From contig JBAXWY010000001.1 of NCBI GenBank assembly GCA_037128175.1, positions 64,001 through 128,000 on the forward strand: a stretch of DNA of 64,000 nucleotides. Direction: 5' to 3'. Below the pieces are notes generated by a model that searched no databases, was not told the DNA's origin, and saw only the letters and a program-made list of their open reading frames with translations. Both the position numbers and the translations under genes were made by a program. Numbering within the stretch: position 1 is the first letter of the stretch; each line of letters begins with the position of its first letter. This document shows, piece by piece, positions 18,643-28,323 of the stretch. This stretch comes from Methanothrix sp. GTDB lineage: Archaea; Halobacteriota; Methanosarcinia; Methanotrichales; Methanotrichaceae.

Positions 18643-20406
18643 ATGCGCAAAGAGTTTCGTAGCCTCATCTCGCTGGAGGAAGCTCAATCAATCGTCCAGA
18701 GCCGCCTTCCCCGCACGGCAACGGAGGCAGTGCCGCTGCCCGAGGCCCGTGGCCGCATCCTGGCTGAGAAGGTCGTCTCCTCTCTGGATGTGCCGGGCTT
18801 CTCTCGCGCCTCCATGGATGGCTTCGCCGTGCAATCTGAGGACACTCTGGCGGCCAGAGAGGATCGGCCCGTCTGCCTCTGCCTGGCAGGCACTATTCCC
18901 ATGGGCGCACTCCCCCAGTTGCGCGTAGCGCGGGGCGAGGCTGCGGAGGTTTCCACCGGCTCCATGATGCCCCCCGGCGCAGACGCGGTGGTCATGATTG
19001 AATACAGCCAGGCAGAGGGAGATAGGGTTCTGATCAGAAGGCCCGTCTACGGTGGCGAGAACGTGCAGGCGGCGGGAAGCGATATCTCTTTTGGCGAGGC
19101 CGTGCTTTTTCCCGGATGCAGGCTGGCGGCGCGCGAGATGGGGGTTCTGGCGGCCCTGGGCCGAACGGAAGTGGCGGTGCGTAGCCTCTTGGTAGGCGTG
19201 GCATCTACCGGCAATGAGCTGATGCCGCCCGGACGCCCCTTAGCCGCGGGCCAAATTTACGATATCAATACCTACACCATCGCAGCGGCTGTTGCCGACA
19301 GCGGTGCTCTCGCTATCCCCTACGGCATCCTTCCCGATAATAAGGAATCGATGGCATCGATGCTGCTGAAGATGGCCGCAGAATGCGACATGATTCTGGT
19401 GAGCGGCAGCACCTCCGCCGGCGCTGGGGACATGATCTTTCAGGTGATCGAGGAAGAGGGCGAGCTGATATTTCACGGAGTGAACCTCAAGCCCGGCAAG
19501 CCCACCATCTTCGGCACAATCGATGACAAGCCCTGCCTGGGCCTGCCCGGCTATCCCACCAGTGCTCTGACCGTCTTCTCCTGCCTGGCAGCTCCCGCCA
19601 TTCGCGCCGCTCTGGGGCAAAAAAATCTGGGAAAAAGGGTGACAGGCCGGCTGGCCGGGCCGCTTCGCTTGGAAGGCCGCCGCCAGATGCTGGCCGTGGG
19701 CCTATCCGGCGAGCTGGTATATCCTGTGGACAAGGGCAGCGGCTCCATCACCACTCTGGCCGGGGCGGAGGGGGTCATAGACATCCCTTCAGGCGTCGAG
19801 TATCTGGAGAAGGGCGAGAAGGTAGAGGTGGAGCTATTTAGTGAGGCGGAAGCTGCCGATCTGGTGGTGGCGGGCGAAAACTGCATCCTCCTGGAGCAGC
19901 TGGCCGAAAGAGTGCCCTGCCGTCTGGTGCTCCTGAATACCGGCTCGCTCCAAGCCAGGCTCTACCTGGAGGACGGCGTGGCTGACCTGGCCTGCGTTTC
20001 GGGGGAAGCGGCATTGGAAGGCATGGCGTTGATCTGGGGGTTCAAAAGAGAGCTGGGCCTGGTCTTCCGGGATGCTGATGTTCTGTCGGACCTTTCTGAC
20101 CGGCGCATTGTGGGCTGGCACCGGGACTTTGCCATGCAGGCCGCATTTGAGCGACACCTTTTGGCCTTGGGCCTGACACAGCCCCGCTATGTGCGATTGG
20201 CCAGGACGCACTCGGCCGTGGCGGCAGCCGTCGCTTCCGGGCGAGCAGAGGTGGGCTTTGCGGAACGCCGGGCCGCAGCCCAGGCGGGCCTGGGCTTTCA
20301 GCCCCTGGAGCATGATGAGATTAGACTGCTGGCTAGGCCAGAGAATGTTGGTGATGCCCGGCTCAAGTCCCTTGTTTCTGCTCTTTCTCGGGAGGAAGGG
20401 GCTTAA
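18643..20406 (+). CDS. moeA: Molybdopterin molybdotransferase MoeA with C-terminal PBP domain
   Basis: RASMDGFAV, STGNEL, SGSTSAG, KPGKP, GLPGYP; C-terminal THSAVAAAVASGRAEVG. Confidence 0.92.
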   Translation: MRKEFRSLISLEEAQSIVQSRLPRTATEAVPLPEARGRILAEKVVSSLDVPGFSRASMDGFAVQSEDTLAAREDRPVCLCLAGTIPMGALPQLRVARGEAAEVSTGSMMPPGADAVVMIEYSQAEGDRVLIRRPVYGGENVQAAGSDISFGEAVLFPGCRLAAREMGVLAALGRTEVAVRSLLVGVASTGNELMPPGRPLAAGQIYDINTYTIAAAVADSGALAIPYGILPDNKESMASMLLKMAAECDMILVSGSTSAGAGDMIFQVIEEEGELIFHGVNLKPGKPTIFGTIDDKPCLGLPGYPTSALTVFSCLAAPAIRAALGQKNLGKRVTGRLAGPLRLEGRRQMLAVGLSGELVYPVDKGSGSITTLAGAEGVIDIPSGVEYLEKGEKVEVELFSEAEAADLVVAGENCILLEQLAERVPCRLVLLNTGSLQARLYLEDGVADLACVSGEAALEGMALIWGFKRELGLVFRDADVLSDLSDRRIVGWHRDFAMQAAFERHLLALGLTQPRYVRLARTHSAVAAAVASGRAEVGFAERRAAAQAGLGFQPLEHDEIRLLARPENVGDARLKSLVSALSREEGA

Positions 20407-21385
20407 AAGTCCTCATCCTTCGCTCATAGTAGCTGAGGGGATGCCTAATCCTTTTGCATAGCTCGTCCTCGCCTGGACAGTTGCCGTAGGTGGCCATGGT
20501 GGCACAGGCCGGAGGCTTGTAGTGAGTGCCGGAGGCCCCTGCGATGTGCCCCACCTGGTATCTTGTCCTCTCCTCATCAAAGTCCGGGCTGGTGTTGAAG
20601 AGAGATACGACCTCGTCGGCTGTCATATTGATCTGCAAGAGGAAGCTGACCAGAGCAAAGCGCGCACTGTGGGCCAGGTTGGTGCCTTTGGCAACCTCGG
20701 ATAGCATCTTCTTGATGCAGGGTGGAAAGGCCCCCTCCTCCACATGCCCCAGGTCCACCTTGTCGCGGGCTCTTATAATATCGAGCTGTTCTTTGAGCGG
20801 CCCCAGGTATTCCTGGAGGGAGGCGCAAATCTTTTCGTCTACGGGCAAAGGCAGCCCTTTTAAGATCTTCTCCCGGGCAGCTTCTTCCATGATTCTTTTC
20901 AGCTCCTCTTCCGTAACTGTGAGGTAGCCCTGCTGAAGATCGCGGTTCGTCAGCTTCCATTTAGGGCTGTGCATGCTGTGCGCCGCCCGAATATACTCGG
21001 AAAAATGAATCTTGTAGGGGCCGGGTCCCTGGGGATGAAGCCCCAGGTCGTCTGCGATGGCCGCCAGCCCTTCCTTCTCATTTTGCATCCTTCGATAGGC
21101 CAGCTTTGCCTCGGCCAGAGCGTAGCGGCGCAGCAAAATGGCATCACCCAAGCAGGAGACCATGACTCTGGCCAGGGGATAAGAGAGAAGCTCAGCCAAT
21201 AGCTCAGCTTGCGTATTGGCTGAACTTTCGGAAATAGTGCCGCTCATAGACTCTGCTACCCTTTCTGCGGCCCGGCCCCGCACCGTCTTAAAAGAGGTTT
21301 TGCTAAGAAGGCTTTCTAGAGAGTAGCCGACCTTTCGCACCAGGCTAGCAGATTCTTCTGTAAAAGGGTAATCGGAGATCCTCAT
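20363..21385 (-). CDS. priL: DNA primase large subunit
   Basis: FPPCI, HSARF, PDFDEERTRYQV, PPACATM...C Fe-S ligands. Confidence 0.95.
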   Translation of the reverse strand: MRISDYPFTEESASLVRKVGYSLESLLSKTSFKTVRGRAAERVAESMSGTISESSANTQAELLAELLSYPLARVMVSCLGDAILLRRYALAEAKLAYRRMQNEKEGLAAIADDLGLHPQGPGPYKIHFSEYIRAAHSMHSPKWKLTNRDLQQGYLTVTEEELKRIMEEAAREKILKGLPLPVDEKICASLQEYLGPLKEQLDIIRARDKVDLGHVEEGAFPPCIKKMLSEVAKGTNLAHSARFALVSFLLQINMTADEVVSLFNTSPDFDEERTRYQVGHIAGASGTHYKPPACATMATYGNCPGEDELCKRIRHPLSYYERRMRTFKPLPPEKEQKQGT

Positions 21386-22116
21386 TCCTGTTCGATTCGG
21401 GGAGCTAGTAGGTAATTGATCTCCACATGCTGGCCGAGCTTGAGGTGAATACGCAGCGGGTAATCTATGCCCATCTCCAGTGTGACCTCGCCCGCCTTGC
21501 TGATGGATTTGGACATGTCTTCCAGATAGTCCAGAGAGAAGAGGCTCCTGGCCTCGCCGGGCTTCATGCCCAAAAGCTCAGTGCTGGGAATCTTTAGCTT
21601 GAGCGAATCGATGTCTCCTTTGGCTTCCATGTAAAAGCCCTCATCAGAGACGCCCAGTATTACATGATCGCTTACCTTTTCGGCGGCTTTTACCGCCCGG
21701 CGTAGCTCCACACCCGGTAGTGTTACGTGGGCCGGCAGATCCAGTTCGGGTATGCGCGGCTCTTTCCTGATGGCAGTAGGATCGATCAGGCTTAAGGTGT
21801 AGGAGAGGGACCCCACTCCAATCTTCAGCTTGTGGCTCTCTTCTTCCAGCTCCAGTTGCACATTTTCGCCCTTATCTGCCATGCTCAATACATCACTGAG
21901 CCGAACCAAGTCTATGCCGATTTCACAAGTATCGGCTTTGAAGTATTCGAAGGCCTCATTGCCGATCTTGAGCGAGACCATAGCCACGTTCGCAGGGTCT
22001 ACAGCCTTCAGTTCCAGGCCATTTTCCGATATGGAGAACTTGACTTCATCCACCAGAGAAGAGACTGAATCGATTGCATCGCGCAGAGTTTCTGCGTTGA
22101 TTACTGCCTTGAACAT
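21382..22116 (-). CDS. pcn: DNA polymerase sliding clamp PCNA
   Basis: AVDPANVAMV, SLFSLDYL, YLLAPRIE. Confidence 0.97.
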   Translation of the reverse strand: MFKAVINAETLRDAIDSVSSLVDEVKFSISENGLELKAVDPANVAMVSLKIGNEAFEYFKADTCEIGIDLVRLSDVLSMADKGENVQLELEEESHKLKIGVGSLSYTLSLIDPTAIRKEPRIPELDLPAHVTLPGVELRRAVKAAEKVSDHVILGVSDEGFYMEAKGDIDSLKLKIPSTELLGMKPGEARSLFSLDYLEDMSKSISKAGEVTLEMGIDYPLRIHLKLGQHVEINYLLAPRIEQE

Positions 22117-22166
22117 TCCTTGAGCCTCCTCCATCAGAACCGTTTAATATTTAATATAGTTGATGC

Positions 22167-22475
22167 TTAGTCATACTCTCGCCAGGTTCTGCTGCATTTG
22201 GTGCAGCGGAAGAAGCGAACCTCGCTCTCATCAGCAGAACGAAGTTGGCGAAGCCACCAGTATGCGATATTGTTGCCGCACTCCGGACACCTGGAATTGG
22301 TCGTAGGCAGGCCCGACGACTCCTGCTCTAAGACCGGCACTACGCGATCCAGCTGTTTGGTCTTGCTGACCATGGATTCGCCTGCGGTCTTCGGTATCAT
22401 GTGGCCGCACTTTCTGCAGACCATCATGCCGTCCTTGGGCATCATCATGCTCTTACATTGGGGACAAAAATCCAT
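22167..22475 (-). CDS. tfs: Transcription factor S
   Basis: Two Zn ribbons, QLRSADESEVRFFRC. Confidence 0.95.
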   Translation of the reverse strand: MDFCPQCKSMMMPKDGMMVCRKCGHMIPKTAGESMVSKTKQLDRVVPVLEQESSGLPTTNSRCPECGNNIAYWWLRQLRSADESEVRFFRCTKCSRTWREYD

Positions 22476-22543
22476 CGGCATAAAGTAAACCACTAGTCAT
22501 ATTAAAGTTTCCCAGCACCATTTGGTGATAATGAGGCACGATT

Positions 22544-23209
22544 ATGAGCACAGCGATTAATGTGATATGTTTGGATCGCCCGGGAATGCTGCGCGACATC
22601 GCCGGCGCGGTAGCCAAAAGGGGCGGCAACATCGTCTACACCCAACAGTTTGTTGTGGAAAGAGGCATGAATCGGGAAAAAGCCTCGGTTTACATGGAGA
22701 TAGACTGCCCGGAAGATGATGTTTTGGGGGTTGTAGAAGAATTGACATCCTTTGATTCCATCTTCGATGTCTCCATCCACGAGCCTTTCGAGAAGATATA
22801 CGGCTCCCGGGTGATCATAATAGGCGGCGGCGCCCAGGTGGCTCAGGTCGCAGTAGGTGCTGTGAGCGAGGCAGACCGGCATAATCTACGAGGCGAGCGC
22901 ATCAGTGTGGATACCATCCCCCTGGTGGGAGAAGATGCGATTGCCGATGCCGTGAGCGCTGTCCGCCGACTGCCGCGCGCCTCTATCCTGGTATTGGCCG
23001 GAGCCCTCATGGGCGGACGCATCACGAAAGAGGTGAAAAGGCTACAGGCGGAAGGGATACCGGTTATTGCCCTGAAGATGGCCGGCTCGGTTCCTCTGCA
23101 GGCGGATCTGGTAGTAACTGATCCCATTCAAGCAGGCACCTTCGCAGTAATGCATGTAGCCAGCACCGCAGTCTTCGATATAAGTCGCGTGCGGGGCCGG
23201 GAGTTTTAG
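22544..23209 (+). CDS. ACT-domain protein (AF1403/DUF5612-like)
   Basis: DRPGMLRDI ACT motif; GGGAQVAQVA, EADRHNLRGERISVDTIP. Confidence 0.85.
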   Translation: MSTAINVICLDRPGMLRDIAGAVAKRGGNIVYTQQFVVERGMNREKASVYMEIDCPEDDVLGVVEELTSFDSIFDVSIHEPFEKIYGSRVIIIGGGAQVAQVAVGAVSEADRHNLRGERISVDTIPLVGEDAIADAVSAVRRLPRASILVLAGALMGGRITKEVKRLQAEGIPVIALKMAGSVPLQADLVVTDPIQAGTFAVMHVASTAVFDISRVRGREF

Positions 23210-23454
23210 CTCTTGAGGATCTCGGCCAGATCCACAAGCTTCTCGCCGGAGAAAAGCTCCTCTACCGTGTAGAACTTATCATCCACCTCAAGCACGGGCG
23301 CAGAAAGGGCGAATACCCCGTTTATGCGTAGCTCCGTGAGGGCTTCGGGGGTGCTCATATCCTGATTCTCAAAAGAGATGCCGGCCTTTCTCAGCGCCGC
23401 TTTGAGCTGTTCGCATTTGGGGCAGGACTGTGTGGAATATACTATGTACTTCAA
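23206..23454 (-). CDS. Glutaredoxin/NrdH-like redoxin
   Basis: YSTQSCPKC, SAPVL cis-Pro motif. Confidence 0.85.
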   Translation of the reverse strand: MKYIVYSTQSCPKCEQLKAALRKAGISFENQDMSTPEALTELRINGVFALSAPVLEVDDKFYTVEELFSGEKLVDLAEILKS

Positions 23455-23472
23455 AGGGATACCTCTTGGTTT

Positions 23473-23808
23473 TTAGCGCAGTGCTCGCGGGTAAGATTTC
23501 GTGGCATAGGTCGCATAACCGTTCTCTACTGCCTTCTCTGCACACTCTGAACAGCAAGAGAAGTTGGCCATGTACTCTGTGCCTTCCATCTCATGCTCAA
23601 AGACCTGGTTGCAGGTAAATCCCGAGGTTCGCCTGAAATCAAAGCCCTTGCAAAATTCGTCATACTCCGCCAGAGGGGGGCGCTCCACTACGACCCAGTC
23701 CCGGGGAAGAAGTACGGGCAGAGTGGCCAGGTTCATGCCGCACCCACATGGGCCATAAACATCTTCTAAATCTTTGTAGATAATAGCCTTACATACCAGC
23801 TCGCTCAT
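23473..23808 (-). CDS. Cys-rich hypothetical protein
   Basis: GGAG RBS upstream; CGCG, CCSEC motifs. Confidence 0.65.
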   Translation of the reverse strand: MSELVCKAIIYKDLEDVYGPCGCGMNLATLPVLLPRDWVVVERPPLAEYDEFCKGFDFRRTSGFTCNQVFEHEMEGTEYMANFSCCSECAEKAVENGYATYATKSYPRALR

Positions 23809-24053
23809 CGTTTGCTCCTCTCTTGCTAATGTTATTCGCGGCAACCTAAATAACATTTCCCATCCGCTTTTTGAATTTTTCCCCTCTTCTGGCTTTATTT
23901 TTCAAATAAACCCTAATAATGAAAACCTTTGCCCAACAAAAATTATATATGGAATTGCAGGTGAATAGACTGCTTATTCTGGCTTGTAGCTCTCGAAGAT
24001 TTAAATTTTGTCTTTTCTGGCTGCAAAATCCGGATTTATGAGGTGTATGACAA

Positions 24054-24284
24054 ATGCCGATACTTCCTGTTGCCCCGGTGAGCAGACTCATCCGCGAGGC
24101 GGGAGCTAAGAGAGTGAGCGAAGGCGCGAGGGACGCGCTGGCAGAGGTTTTAGAAGGATATGGCTTGGAGGTGGCCCGGGAAGCGGTCGGCTGGGCCAAT
24201 CATGCCAAGAGAAAGACGGTCAAGTCCGAGGATATCAGAGAGGCAGTCAAAAGAGTTAAACCCCCCCTGGTCTCAGAAAGGTAG
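24054..24284 (+). CDS. Archaeal histone
   Basis: LPVAPVSRLIREAGAKRVS...HAKRKTVKSEDI. Confidence 0.95.
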   Translation: MPILPVAPVSRLIREAGAKRVSEGARDALAEVLEGYGLEVAREAVGWANHAKRKTVKSEDIREAVKRVKPPLVSER

Positions 24285-24288
24285 ATCG

Positions 24289-26175
24289 ATGGCATTAGAT
24301 TACCATGCTCTAGGCCTGATATGCGGCATTGAGATTCACCAGCAGCTTGACACGGCTTGTAAGCTCTTCTGCGGCTGCCCCACCAAACACCGGGAGGTAG
24401 AGGAGTCCAATTTCGAGTTCTTCCGGTATCTTCGACCTTCCCGAAGCGAGCTTGGCGAGATCGATCGCGCCGCTCTAGAAGAGGTATTGGTTACGCGAAG
24501 GTTCCATTACAAGTCCTATGACAGCACCTGTCTGGTAGAAGCGGATGAGGAGCCGCCCCGGGAGATTAATGCCGAGGCTCTTGAGATATCTCTGGTCATT
24601 GCCCGGCTGCTCAACATGAAAATCGTAGATGAGCTGGAGACCATGCGTAAAATGGTGATAGACGGCTCCAATACCTCCGGTTTCCAGCGCACCGGCTACG
24701 TCGGCTCGGACGGCAGCATCGAGACCTCCTGCGGAACTGTGGGCATAAGCATCCTCAGCCTGGAGGAGGAGGCGGCGCGCATCATCGAGGACCGGGGAGA
24801 CAGCGTAGTCTACTCATTAGATCGGTTGGGAATACCGCTGGTGGAGATCGGCACGGCTCCGGATATCGTCTCTCCGGCGCACGCCCGTGAGGTTGCCTCT
24901 TATCTGGGAATGATCCTGCGCTCTACCGGTCGCGTGAAAAGGGGTCTAGGCACCATTCGCCAGGATGTCAATGTCTCCATCAAAGGCGGAGCGCGAGTGG
25001 AAGTTAAAGGTGTTCAGGCTCTCAACCTGGTCGATAAGGTGGTGGAGTTTGAGGCACTACGCCAGGTGCGGCTACTGGAGATAAAAGAGGAGTTGGTCTG
25101 TCGCAGCTCTTCGGTTGATGCCACGGTTTGGGATGTCTCAGATATCTTCGCGAATACCGGCTCCAAGGTGCTGGCCCGCTCCATCAAGAACGGCGGAGTG
25201 GTCCTGGCCTGCCGGCTGGCGGGCTTTGCCGGGCTGGTGGGCCGGGAGATTCAGCCTGACCGTCGGCTGGGCTCCGAGATGTCGGACCGAGCCAAACGGG
25301 CAGGCGTAGGCGGCATATTTCATAGCGATGAGCTTCCCGCGTATGGCATAACACCCGCTGAGGTCGAGTCCGTGCGCGGCCTTCTGGCGACAGGCGAGAG
25401 CGATGCCGTGATCATGGTCACCGGGCCGCGGGACAGAGCGGAAAAGGCGCTACAAGCTGTGCTGGTTCGAGCCCGTGAGGCGCTGGCCTTCGTGCCGGAG
25501 GAGACGCGCCGGGCTCTGCCCAACGGCTGCTCGGAGTACATGCGGCCTCTGCCCGGTTCCGCCCGCATGTACCCGGAGACGGATGTGCCGGCTGTGGTGA
25601 TCACGGATGAGATGCTTCGTCAGCTGCAACTGCCTGAGCTCTCTAGAGAGCGCGCCCAACGTTTCGAGCGCGAACATGGCTTGAATGCCGAACAGGCCAA
25701 AGTTATGGCCGCTTCCCCCAGCTATCCGCTCTTTGAAGAGATTGTGCAAAATTATCCGGTTTCTCCTTCCATTGTGGTCCGGACCCTGGAGACAATTCCC
25801 ATCGAACTGGCCCGTGCGGCTGTGCCCGTCTCCAATCTGATCGACCGGCATTATGTGGAGAGCTTTGCCATCATGGCCCAGGGACGCGTGGCCAAAGAGG
25901 GCCTGACGGATCTGCTGCGCGCCCTGGCCGAGCATCCGGAAATGACGGCTGATGAAGCGGCGGCTGCGGCCGGCCTGGCGGGCGTGGGTGAGGCGGAAGT
26001 GGAGAACGCCGTGCGGATAATTGTGGCGAGTAAGGCCGATCTGGTGCGCTCCAAGGGAGAGAGGGCCGCAGCACCACTTATGGGCCTGGTGATGAAAGAA
26101 TTGAGGGGTAAAGCCGATGGCGGCATGGTGAGCGCCATATTGAAGAAGGAAATACAAAATATACTCAATGAGTGA
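24289..26175 (+). CDS. gatE: Glu-tRNA(Gln) amidotransferase subunit E
   Basis: GIEIHQQL, IDGSNTSGFQRT, DRLGIPLVEI, RMYPETD. Confidence 0.97.
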   Translation: MALDYHALGLICGIEIHQQLDTACKLFCGCPTKHREVEESNFEFFRYLRPSRSELGEIDRAALEEVLVTRRFHYKSYDSTCLVEADEEPPREINAEALEISLVIARLLNMKIVDELETMRKMVIDGSNTSGFQRTGYVGSDGSIETSCGTVGISILSLEEEAARIIEDRGDSVVYSLDRLGIPLVEIGTAPDIVSPAHAREVASYLGMILRSTGRVKRGLGTIRQDVNVSIKGGARVEVKGVQALNLVDKVVEFEALRQVRLLEIKEELVCRSSSVDATVWDVSDIFANTGSKVLARSIKNGGVVLACRLAGFAGLVGREIQPDRRLGSEMSDRAKRAGVGGIFHSDELPAYGITPAEVESVRGLLATGESDAVIMVTGPRDRAEKALQAVLVRAREALAFVPEETRRALPNGCSEYMRPLPGSARMYPETDVPAVVITDEMLRQLQLPELSRERAQRFEREHGLNAEQAKVMAASPSYPLFEEIVQNYPVSPSIVVRTLETIPIELARAAVPVSNLIDRHYVESFAIMAQGRVAKEGLTDLLRALAEHPEMTADEAAAAAGLAGVGEAEVENAVRIIVASKADLVRSKGERAAAPLMGLVMKELRGKADGGMVSAILKKEIQNILNE

Positions 26176-27296
26176 ACCCAGAAAAACCGGATATGCTCCT
26201 CTGGGAGGAGACGCTTTTCAAGGACAGGGATCTGTTGGAGTTAGATCACCTGCCCGAGCACTTCCTGCACCGGGAAGATCAGATGAACAGCCTCAAATTC
26301 TGCATACGTCCGGCAATGCAAGGTGCCCGTCCCGTCAATGCCCTCTGCCTCGGCCCACCCGGCACGGGCAAGACCACGGCTCTTTTCAAGCTCTTCGAGG
26401 AAATTGAGGCCCATTCGACAAAGGTCATTCCCGTGCATGTCAACTGCCAGATGGACTCCACCAAATATTCCGTTTTTTATCAGATCTACAAAAAGGTCTT
26501 CGATCATGCTCCACCCTCCAGCGGCATATCCTTCAAACGCATCTTCGAGAAGGTAGCTCAGGCAGCAGCCGACCAGGATAAGGTGCTGATGGTGGCTTTA
26601 GACGATATAAATTATCTATTCCACGAAAAAGAGGTGGATCACGTCTTGTACTCCCTCTTGCGAGCCCATGAGACCTGTCCCGGTGCCCGGATGGGTGTGA
26701 TCGGTGTTATGAGTGAATTGGCCTTGAATTATGTTCTCGACCCACGCGTGGTCTCCGTCTTTCAGCCGGAAGAAATCATCTTTCCTCTCTATGCCCGATC
26801 AGAGATACGCGACATCTTAAGCCGCCGGGTGCAGATGGGTTTTTATCCCAGCGTGATGGCCGATGATGTCCTGGAAGCGGTTGTGGACTGCACAGAGAGG
26901 TCCGGGGACCTGCGAGTGGGAATTGACCTTCTCAAGAGGTCCGGCCTATCTGCGGAAAAGCGTGCCTCCAAAAGCGTCTCGCTTGTTGATGTGGCAGGCT
27001 CTTGCGATCGTTCCCGCCTGGTTCACCTCACCTATGCCTTGAAAACCCTGAAAGACGATGAACTGGTTGTGCTGCGTCTGGCAGCGGAGCAAAAAAGCTG
27101 GCGCGCGGGCGAACTATTTGCTCGCTTTCATGAGCAGACGGATGCGGGATACACTCGTTTTCATGAGATTCTCAATAAGCTCGATTCTATCCGGCTGATA
27201 AATGCTGATTTTACCGGGACGGGGGAACGGGGCCGAAGCCGCGTCATCAGCGTGCGGTATGAGCCAGAAGAGATCTTGAGCCGGCTGGATCCTTGA
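26172..27296 (+). CDS. cdc6: Orc1/Cdc6 replication initiator
   Basis: GPPGTGKT Walker A, ALDD Walker B, GDLRVGIDLL, C-terminal wH GRSR. Confidence 0.95.
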   Translation: MNPEKPDMLLWEETLFKDRDLLELDHLPEHFLHREDQMNSLKFCIRPAMQGARPVNALCLGPPGTGKTTALFKLFEEIEAHSTKVIPVHVNCQMDSTKYSVFYQIYKKVFDHAPPSSGISFKRIFEKVAQAAADQDKVLMVALDDINYLFHEKEVDHVLYSLLRAHETCPGARMGVIGVMSELALNYVLDPRVVSVFQPEEIIFPLYARSEIRDILSRRVQMGFYPSVMADDVLEAVVDCTERSGDLRVGIDLLKRSGLSAEKRASKSVSLVDVAGSCDRSRLVHLTYALKTLKDDELVVLRLAAEQKSWRAGELFARFHEQTDAGYTRFHEILNKLDSIRLINADFTGTGERGRSRVISVRYEPEEILSRLDP

Positions 27297-27414
27297 ATGT
27301 CCTGGTTTATGATTATTTGCAAAAGCTAGCTATATAAAAACTTTATTTTGTACCACAACTATATAGATCATATAGGCAAGGGCTTTAACCCGTTAATGCG
27401 TTCCATCATGGCGT

Positions 27415-28323
27415 ATGGATCGGCCCAGGATAAAGATGCCTCGCAAATACGGGGAGATGTTCGTAGAGGCTTTGCTATTCATTTCTGCCATCGCCTCCAT
27501 CCTCATTATCCTTCTCATCTTCTACTTCCTCATTAATGAAAGCCTCCCTGCTTTTTCACAACTTGGCATATTCTCCCTGTTGTCCGGATCGAAATGGCAT
27601 CCAGCAGGAGATATTTACGGATTTCTGCCTCTTATTGCGGCATCAATGGTCATAACTCTCCTGGCCCTTTTTATCAATATCATCATCGGTTTTCCTCTGG
27701 CCATTTACCTGGCGGAGCTGGCCGGGCCTAAGAGCAAGGCCGTATTGAAGCCGGCCATTGAGCTATTGGCCGGTGTCCCTTCCATTGTCTACGGCTTTTT
27801 AGGAGTGATAATTCTCGTAACTTACCTGCAGGACAGCTTTGATATGCTCACCGGCAGGTCGATCCTGGCCGGATCGATCCTTCTGGGAGTAATGTTCATT
27901 CCTTACCTCACCACCATTTGTGAGGATGCTCTGCGAGCTGTGCCCAGCGAATTCAAGGAGGGCTCACTTGCGCTGGGGGCCAATCGCTGGCAGACGCTTC
28001 GAAATGTGACCATACCGGCGGCATCATCCGGAATTACGGCAGCCGTTCTCCTTAACATAGGAAGCATAATCGGGGAGACTATGGCCGTGCTCTTGGTAGT
28101 AGGAAACGTTGCCAGACTGGCCTCTCCCCCTTACGATATATTTGATCAGGGAGCAACCTTCACCTCGGTCATCGCCGGGGAGATGGGCGAGGTGGCCAGA
28201 GGCTCAATGCATTATCATGTTCTCTTTGCGGTTGGATTTGTTCTTCTTATCGTGGTCTCCATCCTCAGTTTGGTTGCAGATTATGCCCGTGCTCGCATCA
28301 GACGAAAATTCGGAGGATACTAA
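27415..28323 (+). CDS. pstC: Phosphate ABC transporter permease PstC
   Basis: ELLAGVPSIVYG, EDALRAVP...EGSLALGA, IGETMAV. Confidence 0.93.
   Translation: MDRPRIKMPRKYGEMFVEALLFISAIASILIILLIFYFLINESLPAFSQLGIFSLLSGSKWHPAGDIYGFLPLIAASMVITLLALFINIIIGFPLAIYLAELAGPKSKAVLKPAIELLAGVPSIVYGFLGVIILVTYLQDSFDMLTGRSILAGSILLGVMFIPYLTTICEDALRAVPSEFKEGSLALGANRWQTLRNVTIPAASSGITAAVLLNIGSIIGETMAVLLVVGNVARLASPPYDIFDQGATFTSVIAGEMGEVARGSMHYHVLFAVGFVLLIVVSILSLVADYARARIRRKFGGY

Noticed and set aside
20363-20406. 44-bp 3' overlap between moeA and priL
   Set aside because: Short convergent overlaps are common; no sign of function
10750-22475. Clustering of priS, GINS, L44e, S27e, aIF2a, nop10 and nearby PCNA/priL/TFS as a novel system
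   Set aside because: Well-known conserved archaeal replication-translation gene neighbourhood
23860-27400. Possible replication origin near cdc6
   Set aside because: cdc6 overlaps gatE, and I found no convincing ORB (TCCA-N3-GAAA plus G-string) repeats in the flanking spacers
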